A stretch of 64,000 nucleotides of DNA, taken from Verrucomicrobiia bacterium. Lineage in GTDB: Bacteria > Omnitrophota > Omnitrophia > Omnitrophales > Aquincolibacteriaceae. The stretch lies in assembly GCA_035495615.1 (NCBI GenBank), contig DATJFP010000088.1:41763-105762 (forward strand), given 5' to 3'. A model generated the notes under the pieces. It was not told the origin of the DNA. It was given only the letters and a program-made list of their open reading frames with translations, and searched no databases. Numbering within the stretch: the stretch's first letter is position 1; each line of letters begins with the position of its first letter. A program made the translations under genes and the position numbers. This document shows, piece after piece, positions 24,301 to 36,300 of this stretch.

Positions 24301-27300
24301 AGGTCTTTTTCGAGCAGGCCCGCCTCGCCCAGGATCGGAAAATACTGCGCGCCCTGGCTTTCGACGATGGCGAGCGCGGCTTCGAACGCGCGGCGGTCGC
24401 CGGCATTGCCGCGTTCGATCATGTCGAGCAGCTGAAGGGTTCTTCCGATTTCGGCCCCAAACGGATGCGGGAGCCTGCCGACACGGACGCGCTCGCGCAG
24501 CCACGCTTCCAGCGCGTTGTACTGGTTCTGCGCCTGGACGTTGTTGGGAATGAGCTGGCCGCCGCGGTCGATCGTAAAAATGGTCTGGGCATTGCCGGTC
24601 ATGAATTGCGGCACGTACAATTCGAAGAATTCGCGGCCGAAGACGTTTTCGTACATCTGAGCGAACCCGTCGTTGCTGATGTCGTACGGCGCCGGCCGTC
24701 CGTCGCGCGGCTGCTGGTCAGGAAGCTGGGCCCGGTAGAGGTCGAAGAAGTCCGCGTTGGTCTGGCGCAGGGCCGCGTCTCTTTCCGCCAGATTGCGGAT
24801 GTTTTTAGCGCGGCTGTATTCGGGGGTCAGGAACAGCATGTCCCCGAGTTTTTTGCTCATCTGGTTGTAAAGCGGCTCCTTGGTCTGGTCCACGCGCGCG
24901 GCGACAGGCTGCGGCGGCGGATACGGCGTGGCGACCCAGCCTTCGCTGAAATTGTACAGGCGCGGCTGGTCCTGACCGAGCTGTTCGAGCAGCGTCTTGA
25001 ACTGCTGTTCGTGCGGCTGCAGCGCGGTGGCTGTTGTGGGCGGCGGTGTCGCGCGCCCGCGGAACATGTGGAAGACCTGGCGCAGGCGCGTGATCTGCGA
25101 CTGGCCGGGTTCGCGGCCTATGGCTTCCAGGCCCGTGCGGTAATTCTGCTGAAGCTGCTGGTACGTCGTGGTGGTAAGCGTTTCGCGGCCCTGCGGCCCG
25201 AGGATCGTGAGATTCTGGCCCGACGTATTCCACACGATCACGGCGCGGTTTTCCGCGAGGCTGGAGATGAACGTGTCCCGATCGATGTAAGAATAAGCCG
25301 TCCTGGCAAGGTTGCCTGCGACGTTCAAAAGAAGGTTCGGCTTGAGCTGGTCTTTCAGCTGGTCCACGGCGGCCTTGAAGCCGATGGCCGCGTCGCGGGC
25401 GATCGCTTCTTCATCCTGCGGCTGGAAAAGCGTGAGGCCCAGGATGATTTCGGGCGAAGGCCGGATGTAAGGCACGTCGTTTCTCTGGAAGAGTTCGTAC
25501 TGGTTCGAGGCAATGATCTGCAGGGCCTTGTTGCGCGTCGGCGTGTCGTACAGCGAGTCGCGGGCGCCGCCGCGCACCCGCAGGGACGCGAGGCTGGCCA
25601 GCTTATAAGTATTAAGGAAGTCCAGGTCGTGGTTCGCGTACACCATCCGGGTCATGGCCACCCTGTAAGCTTCTTCGCGCAGGAAGTCGACGAGTGATTG
25701 TTCCGACTCGATGCGCGCGGCTTCCTGGGGCGCGCGGTAGTACACCGTCGAGGAACCCAGCTGCGCGGAATTGATGAACGTGGAATAACGCGTGACGCGC
25801 GGGGCGCCGTGCACGGCCAGGCTCCGGACCTGATAAGCCCGGTAGAACGTGTCCGCTCCCGACAGATGCCACCACGGCAGGAGCGCGGCGACCGGCGTTT
25901 CGGTGACTTCGGACATGATCACGTCGCGGATCCTCTGGGCCCTTTGCCCGGCGAGGTCTCTGACGGCTTCGCTCAGGATAAAGCCCATGTAGCTGGAGCG
26001 CGAAACCTTGGAAGCGAGGTTCAGGACTTCCCACTGCTGGTCGAGCTGGCCGCGCTCGTCCTTGTCGCTTTCCAGGTCACTCAGGAAGATCCGGCGGAAA
26101 GACTGGAAATCCGTTTCGTTCAGGCGGCGGAGAACCGTCCGCAGATTGCGGCCATCGCGCCCTTTGGCGGACGCGACCATCGACTGCAGGAGCAGGATGC
26201 GTCCCACGCGCTGGTTGCGCGTGATGTCCGTGGCATTGTCGGCGGAAAGGTTCATGCGGGCGAACAGGCCTTCGAATGTTTTCTTGAGCCAGTCGTATTC
26301 GTCGAAGCTGCGCGGATCGTTCCGGTGCAGCGCGGCCACTTTGTCCTGGTTGTCCGCTTCATGCCGCAGCAGGCGTGTACGCAATTGCCGGCTCTCGAGA
26401 CGGATGCGGTTGGCCGGAGCTCCGGTCACGCCGCTCGGAATCACGCCTAAAGCGCGGAGCAGGTTCTGTTCCGGGTTGCGGCCGTCTTCGTTGCGGAAGA
26501 CCGGGAAATTACGGATGGGGTCGATCGCGGTCGGATAGACCGACTTGTCATCGTCCAGGTAAAACTCCTTCAGGAACTGGCGGACGAGGTTGAGTTCGAT
26601 AAGATCCGCGGTCTGGGTGAAAGTATCGTCGGCCTCCACGGTGAAGCTCCGGCGGTTGTTCCCCTGCGTGATCCAGTGATTGACGCGTCCCGCCTCCGGC
26701 AGCGTGGGCATGTGGCTGACCTGGCGCACGGCCGTGGCTGTCACCGGCGTTTCCGGCGAGCGGTTGGCAAGGAATTGCTCGCGTGCCGTTTCCGGCTCAC
26801 GCCTCGGTTCCGGGCGCAAAAAGCCCAGGCCCGGCGGCGGCGGAAGAAGATCAAAACGCGGCATCAAAAGTTCCGGATCGATCTCCGGCAGCATGATGTC
26901 CGGCAGCGGAGGCGGCTCGATCGGGCGCGGACGAAGGAGTTCGTCGAGCGACGGATCGAATTCCAGCGGCGGCGCATTCGGGTCGATCGGGCCCGGGCGC
27001 AGCATGATGTCCGGATCAAAATCAAGGAGATCGGGTTCCACGTCTCCCGGCTGTCCCGGCGTGGGCGTTGCGGCCTGCTGGGCCGCGCGCTTGGCGCGCT
27101 CCTTATTCCAGATGTAGCCGCCCGCGATCACGGCCGCGACGCCCACGACGGCGCCCGCGATGATGATGTTGCGGCGGTTGACTCCCCGCTGGCGCTTGGC
27201 CGCGGCTTCGTCCGCCGCCTGCCTTTCCTTGGTCGATCGGGCCATGTACTCGAGCCCGTGCCGGATGGCTTCGATCTTGTCCGCGGCTTTGGGATGGATC

Positions 27301-30300
27301 GGAATTCCCTCGTCGCGGGCCGTTTCCTCGAACTCCTTGATGCCGGCCTCGATCGCGGTCTTCGCGTCCTCGATGGCCTGCAGGTGCTCGGGATAATCTT
27401 CCTCGTCGAGTTCCATGTCTTCATCTTCGATCAAGGCCTTGTGCTCGGCCAGAAGCTTGTTGTACGGCTTCACCGCTTTTTCCATCAGGATCTGTGTAAC
27501 CTCGCGCACCCGTCCTTTTTTAACTTCCGCTTCCTTTTGCTTGGCCACGCCGATGTTGCGGTGGATCTGCTCACGCGTCGTCCTGATCTCGTCGATGCGC
27601 GCGGTCAGAGGATGGTCCGGCTGCTCGAGGCGCGGCAGCTTCGCGAAGATCGTCTGCGACTCCTCGGCAAGCTCGAAAAGGGCGATCATGTTGTTGACCG
27701 CATCGGCCGCTTCGTTCACCGCGGCCCGCTCATGATCTTCGATGGGCTCCGCGGTTCCTTCCTTGTCGCCGAGCGCCCGCGCCAGGTTGTAATAAGTCTC
27801 GTAATGTTCGTAGAGGGTCGCGCGCTGGTCGGCCGCTTCCGCCGTATCCGCGAAAAGCTGCGGCATAAAACCCTGCTCGCGCAGCGCCTGCAGGTACATG
27901 GCTTCGAGGCCGGGGACCTGGGCTTCCATGGCGCGCAGATCCCGCACTTTGATGAACCACATGGCATAGAGTTCCGAAAAGAGGAAGTTCCCGCCCAGGC
28001 GGTGCGACGAAGTCTCGGCGCGCAATTCAGGGCGGGCAATGCCGCTGACCGCGCCGGGGTCGATGCTTTTGAGCTTTCCGTCGTCGTCCAGGATGAGATT
28101 GCGCCAGACGTCATCGATATCCACGATGCGTTTGTCGTTTCTCAGTTTGACGGTCGCGGCAAGAGCGCGGTGGCGGCGCACGTCCGCCTGGAAGACGGCC
28201 TGGAAAACCGCGGTCTTCTGAGCGGGTTCGATATCCCCGCTCGCGGCGACAGCCTGGAGGATGCGGGCCATGTCCGGGCCCTTGTAATCCTGTTCCACGG
28301 TAAGCTTGCCCGGTTCCTCGGAAACCTGCCGCGTCGGAACGAAGAATTCGCCCAGCACGGCCTGGTTGGCGAGACTGAGGCGCGCCTTCGTGTCGTCGAG
28401 GCTGACGGCCTCGTATTCTTTGGTCACTTTCGTCGGATGGGCTTCGTCGTCGGCGCTCAGCTTGGCGTGGAACCCGGACTTGATGCTGACCGGCAAGGTC
28501 GCTGCCACCTGACGGAGGATGGCCACGACTTCCGCGGGAAGCGGCGCGTTGTTGCCGCGCTCTTCCTTGATGGCATTGTTCAGCGCGCCTTCGATCTTAT
28601 TGAGGACGTTTTCCGCGTGCTCGAGTTTCGGCCGGTCGCCTTTCACGAGATTGGCGTAGGCAATGACGAGTTCGCGCAGGCGCCGGGCCGAGAGGTCGCG
28701 TCCCGTGCCTTCCCAGTTTGCGCGGTTTCCATCAAACCGTTCCCGCTGAGGCACGGACAAACGCGCGAGCATGCGTGCCTGCTGGCGGAGGATGTCGTCG
28801 ATGTCGAGGAAGGCCTGCAGGAATTCGTCCAGATAGGTGCGCAGCGCGGCTTCGTCTTTGGCCGCAATGACGGCCTGAACGTTGGCCAATTTGTTCCGTT
28901 CGCTCCAGACCGCGCCCGCGGCTTCCAGGCGCGACTGCAGGACATCCGGAAAGTTCTTCTTTTCGACTTCGATCTTTTTCTTTCCCGCGAGTTCCTTGAG
29001 CTCGGCCGCCATGTCGCCCAGGATTTTTTTATTTTCCGTCTTGTCCAGGTCCGCGAGGATGCCGTCGACGTCGGCCGGCGTCGCGGCCGAGGTGATGCGG
29101 TCGGTGAATTGGCGTACCAGCGCGGTGCGGGTGTCGTCCTCCTGCCGTTTCTGGTCTTCGAGAGCGCGCTGGCGGGCCTGGGCCTGCTGCACGAGGCGCT
29201 CCTCGACTTCCGCCGGAAGCTTGGCCGCCCGGATTTCTTTGAGCACGGCGGTGATGTTGTCGAGCGTCGCGCCTTCGATTTTCTTTTCCAGGTTTTTGGT
29301 CTTACGGTGGATGTTGATTTCTTCTTCCAGTTCCTGCTGGGCGCCTGTCGAAAGCGCGCTCTTGCGGACTTCGTCCAGGATGCCGTCCAGCACCGCGAGA
29401 TTGGCCACGGTCACGGCCGCGATGCGGCCGCGGAAGGACGCGATCAGCGCGTCCTCGGCCTGCAGTGTTTCGTCAGCGGCCGCGCTCAGCCCGATGCCGG
29501 TTTCTTCGGCCACTACGCCCGGAGGAGGCGTGCTCGGACGGCTCGGCGTCGGCGGAGTGACGCCTGCCGCGCGCGCGAGGTATTCATCGACGACGCTTTC
29601 CAGCGTGGCCTGCTTTCTCCAAACCCGCACAAGACCGTCCTTAATGAATTCTTTCCAGAGATCATGGCCCAGCTTGCGGCGCATGAAGTCCATGAGGACG
29701 GGCCCGTAATGATATTCCGCGGATTCCGGCGCACCCTCTTCGATTTTTCTCTTCAATTTCGTGGCGTGGAGGCTGCGCTTCTGCTCTGACAGCGCGGGGA
29801 AGGTCACGTCCAGCACGACATTGCCGGTCGCCGTTTCCCGCTGAAGGGTTTTGAGTGCCGCATAGACGAAATCGTTGGCCAGCGCTTCCGTGGCATAAAG
29901 CTGGTCCGGAGTGCGCGGGCCGGTCAGCGTGCGGTGCATTTCGTTGAAGATCGCATGGCCGACTTCCTCGATGTGGCGGACAAAGATGTCGGTCAAGCTC
30001 AGGTTCGCGATGTTGAGCGTGATGATGGTCTTCAGCGTCCCCTCTTCGCGGACCATGCGGGCACGGGCCTTCTTGTCTCCGTCATTGCTGGAACGGATGA
30101 CGATCCGGGTGATGGGAACCCGGGTCTTGGGCCCGTAATATTCGCTGCTGAAGCGCGTCAGAAAATCGTTGAGGGTGTAGAGCTTGCCCTTGTAGGGGTA
30201 GACTTTCGCGTACTTCACGATGAAGGCAATGAAATGCGCGCGGTATTTCGCGTTCCACGACGCGTCTTCGGGATTGTGCTTCTGGATCATCTCGACGATC

Positions 30301-33300
30301 TTCGCGCGCACTTCGTCCTGCTCGGCTTCGTCTTCGATGTTTTCCTGCAAGTACCGGTCGATATCGTCCTTGACCTTGTCGGGCGTCATCTTCAACACCT
30401 GGAAAAGATGGTCGGTGAGCGTCCTCACGTTCACTTTACCCCAATTGAGGCGGACGCGCGCCACATTGGCATCCGCGTCATGAATGGCCGTATCGAGATT
30501 GCCTTCGCGCAGCAGGGTCTCGGCCACGGGCTCGCTGAGAATAAGGCCCTTCTTGACCTGTCCCGATTTTCCGTTCGCCGTCAGCCGCAGCAGCTCCACC
30601 TGCATGGGCATCAAAGCGCCGGGCTTTTCCTCCGGGGCCGCCGGCAGCGTGTCTTCGGCTTCGCCCGGTTCCGGCAGGAGTTCTTCTTCGTTTTCCGTGA
30701 CCACGGCAGGCACGGCCACCGGCATTTCGGGGGTCACCGCCGCAACGGGCGCCACTTCGCCCGCTTCGCCGACGATGTCGGCCTGGGCCCGGGCCATGCG
30801 TTCCAGGCTTTCCTGCGTTTCCGTCGGGAGCCCGCTCGCGGCAACGGCGGCAAGAACGCCCGCGGCCGTGTCCGGAGTCATGTTCGTGATCTGCTGTTTG
30901 AGGTCCGCGATCGTGCTCGACATGGCCAGGGACATGCCGCCCTCGGCCTCGGACTTGGTGATGAATTCCCTTCTGGTTTCGTAAGGCCCTTCGAGTTCGC
31001 CCAGGTGCGACACGTAATCGGCGATCTGCCGGTTCACGGCCTCGCGGTCCGCCGCCTCGTACAAGCGCCCGAACTTTCTCTCGATCGCTTTCCGGCGCGC
31101 GTCGATTTGTTCGAGATGCTGCGTCAGGTCGAAATCATCGAGCGAAGCCATGGTCTGGATCTGGTCCAGCAGCGCCTGGCGGTCGAGCGCCTCGTCCAGC
31201 TCCGCGCGGAAGCCGCGGACCGTGCGCAGCACCAGTTTCTTGAAGCTCGCGTCTTTGGCGCGGCGGGCGGCAAGCGCGGCCGCGATCGGATCCTCTTCCG
31301 GCGGCGTCATGCGCAGTTCGGAGCGGCGCTGCTGGCTCTCACGCATTTCCGCCTTGAGGCCGGTAAGCTCTTCCTGCTTGGCCACATAAAGCGCGTCCAG
31401 ATGTTTGAAGCGGTTGTTGTCGGTGGCAAAGGCATTCAACCGTCCCTGGATCTGCTGGTAATGCTCGACGGTAAAGGCCTCGCCGTAATTTTCGCGCATG
31501 GAAGCGGCCGCGGTCCGGATGGACTCGAGATGCTCGGTGAAATCGAAATCGTCGATGTGCTCCATGGACGCGATCCGCGCTTCGAGGACTTCCGTATTCA
31601 AGAGTTCGTTGTCGATGCGTTCCAGGAAATAACCGACGGCGGCAGGGACCAGCGCCGCAATCTGCCGGTCGAGATCCTTGTCGAAGTCCGGCACCTGCAC
31701 CGACATGAGCGCGTCCGGAATCGACGTGTCCGTGCCTTCTTCATTAATATAGCGTTTGGCCGTGACGAGCGCTTCCAGGCGCAGCGGCACCAGGTGGCGC
31801 TGGGCGTCCGCGCCGATCTGCGGGCCGAATTCGTCGATGACAAGATTTTGAGCGGCGACAAATTGTTTGAGGCGGGCCACGGTCACGTCTTCTCCCGCGG
31901 CAAGGGGCTGTCCATAGAACCGGGCCATGATCGCCTTGGCCGGCGTGGGCTTTTTGCCGTGCGTGGCCTGGAACTGCGTCCGCAGCTGCACCAGCCCGTC
32001 CGACAATCTGCCGCGCGCCACGTCCAGGAGGCCGTTGACGCGGTTGGCTTCGATGAGCCGGTTCATGCCCGGCCCTTCGGCGAGAACTTTCCCCGCGGGA
32101 AGAACGGTTCCCACAAGCGTTTTTTGCGACGCCGCTTCTGCGATGGCGCGTTTCACGCGGCCGGCCGCCTCGCGCAAGACGCCGAGTTCCGAGAGGATTT
32201 CCTGCTGAAGGGCGCGGTAAGCTTCGTCGAGAGGTTTATAATTTTCGCGCACCGTAACGAGGCCGCTTTCGTCCTGGGCCGCGTAGGGGTGGTCCGCTGC
32301 GAGTCCTTCGAAGAACTTTTCGAGGACCCGGTCGACTTCCGTGGGATCGTCGGTTTTCGAGGGAAGGTCGTTGAGATTCCGGATCCGGCTCTGAATGCGG
32401 GTCAGCGCGCTATGCAGGTGGCCTTTTTTATCGGGCTGCGATTTGATCCGGGCCAGATTGCCGGCAAGCAGTTCTTCCATCGCCGCTTCCTGGTCCGGAT
32501 GCGTGCGCAGGAAATCCACGATTCCCTTGTTCCCGATAATGTCGGTGAGCCGCGACAGTTCCGCCTCGACGGTGCCGTGCATGTCGCCCTGGACCTGCGC
32601 CAGCATCCCGCTCACTTCAGGCCTGAGGGTTTTCGCGGTTCCGTCCAGCGAGGCCTGCAGCGCGATCTCGTCGAGCCTGGCCGGGGTCATGTCCTGGAGC
32701 GCCTCGTTGTCCATGTGCAGCGCGGTCAATTCCGCCACCACTTTTTTCGAGATCAGAACATGATAAAGGTCGCGGATGTCGGCCGGCATGTCGTCAAAGC
32801 CCTTGCCGCTGGTCGAGGCCCGCATGGCCGCGGCCTTCAGGGCGTCGCCGGTCGTCTCTTCCAGCTTTTTCCCGGTCGCGTCGCCCTGGATGTCTTTCAG
32901 GTACTGGCGGACATTGTCCGCGATGGCATTGCGTTTTTGGGGTGCGAGGACCGTGACCACCTGGGTTTTCAAGTCCGCGGGCACGTTCTTGAGCAGGAGG
33001 AGCATGCGCTCGACCGTGACCACGGCATTTTTCTTCTCGCTGATGTTTTTCATCCAGCTCTGGACTGCGGCGGTCGTGGCCTTGAAAATCGCCGCGGCTT
33101 CATCGGCTTTGAGGGTGAGCTCCTGGCGCAGCGCGTCCGCGCTCTTGATCTTGCCTTCGGCCGTCGGATAATCGCGTCCCGGCTGGGCCTTGGCTTGATC
33201 GAGAAGCGAGAGCACTTCCTGGATTTTGGCCAGCCGGATATCCTCTTCCGTCGGGGCCGCGGCCGATGGAGGCGCCACTTTTCCGGGCGTCTGCAGTCCC

Positions 33301-36300
33301 ACGAAAGAAACGTCATCGTCGTCGGCAAAAGGATTCGCGCGTTCCAGCCTCTTTTCCAACCCGTCTCCGGGGATCGAGGAGGCGTCCCGCGCGGCCTTGG
33401 CCAGCGCGTGCACGGTCTGATCCAAAGGCAGGGTGCGCGTCATCTCAACCAGTTCTTCCATGCCCGGGATCGGCATCACGCGGCCCACGACCGAGATCGT
33501 GGCCAGCGGCTTGCCGGGTTTGTTGGCGAGTGTCGTCGTCCGTATCGTGCTCAAACCGGCAGGCGTGCTCTTGTCGCCGCCGTCGGAATAAACCAGCGCC
33601 CGCGTTCCGGGAGGCACGTCCACCTGGGTGCGGTTGTTGCTGCCCAGCAGAAGAGCATCTCCGGAAAGGAATTCGTCGTGCTTGTGGCGGACGCCCAGAT
33701 AAAGCTCCAGGTTCTCCTGCGTTGTGAAGCGCGGAAGCGTCTCGCCGAAATCTTTGGCCTCCACCTTGCCGTCCGGGAGAATGAAAATGCCGGTGCTGTC
33801 GCCGTAATCGAGACCCAAGCCCGCGTATTTTTTCTTATCCGGATCGGCAATCTGCCGTGTTTCCGGGTATTCCCAGACAAGACGGATCGTGAGGGTGGTC
33901 ATGGCCCGCGAATGAATCTGCCGGGCCCGTTTGGCCTCGGACAAAGCTTCATTGGCCGCATCGACCGCGTCCTCGAGGACTTTCAAGGCGGCCTCGGGCG
34001 TTTGCGCCGCGAGCAGCTTTTCCCGGGTGGCTTCCTTCTCGATGGCGGCGATCACGATAAGCGCGGCCTGCCGCCCGTCCGGCTGCCCTCCGGCACCGTC
34101 CGCCACCGCGATGAGGCCCCGGTCCGGCAGGTTGAGAATGGCGTCTTCGTTGTTCTGGTCCGCCAGCGGTTTATTGATGCGGTACACTGCGGGAGCCGTG
34201 TAAGCCCAGGTCGTAAAACCCGTAGCCTTGCCTTCGATAGCTCTCTTTTTCGCGTCAAAATCATCTCTTACCCAAGGCCTGATCCGCTCCGGAAGCGCTT
34301 CGATCTGGCCTTCGACCGCCGCCAACTCCCCCGCGCTTGAATTCAGCGTCAGCGCGTCGACTGCCGCCCGCACCGGCATGTAACGGCGCCGGTCTTCCTG
34401 GATGCGCTGGGTAATCTGCAGCTTCTTGGCATCGGCCGCGCGGCCGATCTCGTCTTCGAAGCGCTGATAAACGCGCGGCGTGGTTTCTTCTTTGGCGCTC
34501 TCGACGTTTTCGTCGACGATGGCGATGCTGAGGATGTTGATGTCCGCCTTCTGCAAGTCCTGGATAAATTGCCGGAGCCGCTGCTCATCCCTCTTATCCT
34601 TGGCCGCGATCTTTTCTTTCTTGGCCCGTATGGCTTCCTGGACGTCGGCACGCTGCCGCAGCCGCGCATCCGTCAAAATCTTGGCCGCTTCCCCTTCGAC
34701 ATCGGCTTCCGCGACGGTTCTGGGGTCCAGGGCTGTGATCTTGCTAATGGCTTCGAACGCCGCCTCCTCATCCGCGGCAACCCGCGTCCGGATGGCCTCG
34801 TTCTTTTCGGCGAGCCGGGCCTGTTGCAGCCGGGCCGCGGCGTCCTGCGCGCCGTTCAGCCGGTTTTCCAGCGGTGTGACGTCCGAAAACGCATTGAGTG
34901 GGGTCAGCGCATCGACTTTGGGCGTAATGTCCGCTACGATCAGGCCCACGACTTCCCCGATTTCCCGCTTCAAAGCCGCCTGCAGTTCCGTGTCTTCCTT
35001 AATCTGGTCCGCGCGGCTGAGCAGCGCTTCGGCATCCGAAACCTGCGCCGCGGCAACATTCTTGCGGAGGTCTCCCAGGAGCCTGCGTACGTCCGCCGCG
35101 ATGTCGTTGTTCGAGCGCGAACGATCCCCGATCGACTGCCGAGCGGCTTCGAATTCTTCTTTGAGCGATTCTTTGAGATCTTCCCGGTCCGCGACACGCG
35201 CTTCCTGAGCCTGCACGTCCGATTCGTTTTTGACCCGGCGGAGCTGGATCTTGATATCCGCCATCAGGTCGCGGTCGAGGCTCTCGCGCTGCGTGATGGC
35301 CTCTTCCTTGGCTTCCACCTCGCGCAAAAGACGCGCCGCCCGTTCGCCCCGGGCGCCGGTCACGCGCGCCCGCAAGCCCTGCGCGGCGGTAAGGTCGCTG
35401 CGGTCAGTGAGCTGCGCGATCTGCGGTTCGATCGCATCCATGATCTTTTCCGCGGCCGCGTCGATCTCGCCTTTCACCTTGTCTCTCAGTACGGCGCCCG
35501 CGATCTGATCCGCCTGGTCGGCAAGGTCCTGCATGGTGCGGACATAAACGCCGTCGATCGCGGCCGTTTCCGTAATTCTCAGGCGCACCGCGGCGGCGGC
35601 CGTGTCATCGGCCTGGATGCGGCGCTGGATCGCGCCGCTGATGTCATTGGCTTTTTGCGCGAGGCGGTTGGCGCGCTCGGTCTTCGCATTGACGAAACGG
35701 CGGCGCTGCGCCTCGACTTCCTCTTCGGTGCTGAGTTCGCCGAGCCGGTCGAGAGACTCGTCGATGTGAGCGGCGACAAGCACCATTTTGCGTTCGATGA
35801 GCGCCTCGAGAGGGCCGCGCATTTTCGCGTTCTTCAAGCCGGCCAGTTTTTCCGTGACGGCTTCGACGTCCTGCAGCGCGGCCGTTTCCGTGTCAAGGCC
35901 CTGAAGCGCCCCGCGCACGTCCTGGTCGATCGCGCCGTCCTGCCGGATCCGTTCCTGGATCGCGGTTCTTTTCTGCGTGGCAAGATCAAACAGCTCGGGA
36001 ACCGATTCCGCTTCCTGCATCCGCGCTTCCTGCGCGGCAACGTCCTTTTCTTCGTTCAATTCCGTGAGCGCTTCCAGTTTTCCCCGGATGTCGGCCGCTA
36101 CAAGCCCGCGCGACTGCTCGATCGCGGCAACAGTCCTGTCGCGAATGGCCACGGTCACGATTCCCTGCGCCCGGGCTTTCGCGGTCTCAAACGGCTTCAC
36201 CGTTGCCGTGGCCGGCGTTTTGGGAAGGCCGCCGAGGATTTCCCGCGCGGTTTCTTCGTCGCGGCGTCCGCGGTCGCGGATGCGCGTCTTGATGTCGGCG

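Noticed and set aside
29934-29978. An HExxH-like zinc-protease motif in the giant protein (RHIEEVGHAIFNEMH).
   Set aside because: The residues read H-I-E-E-V-G-H, which is not HExxH, and no supporting downstream Glu/His/Asp motif was recognised.
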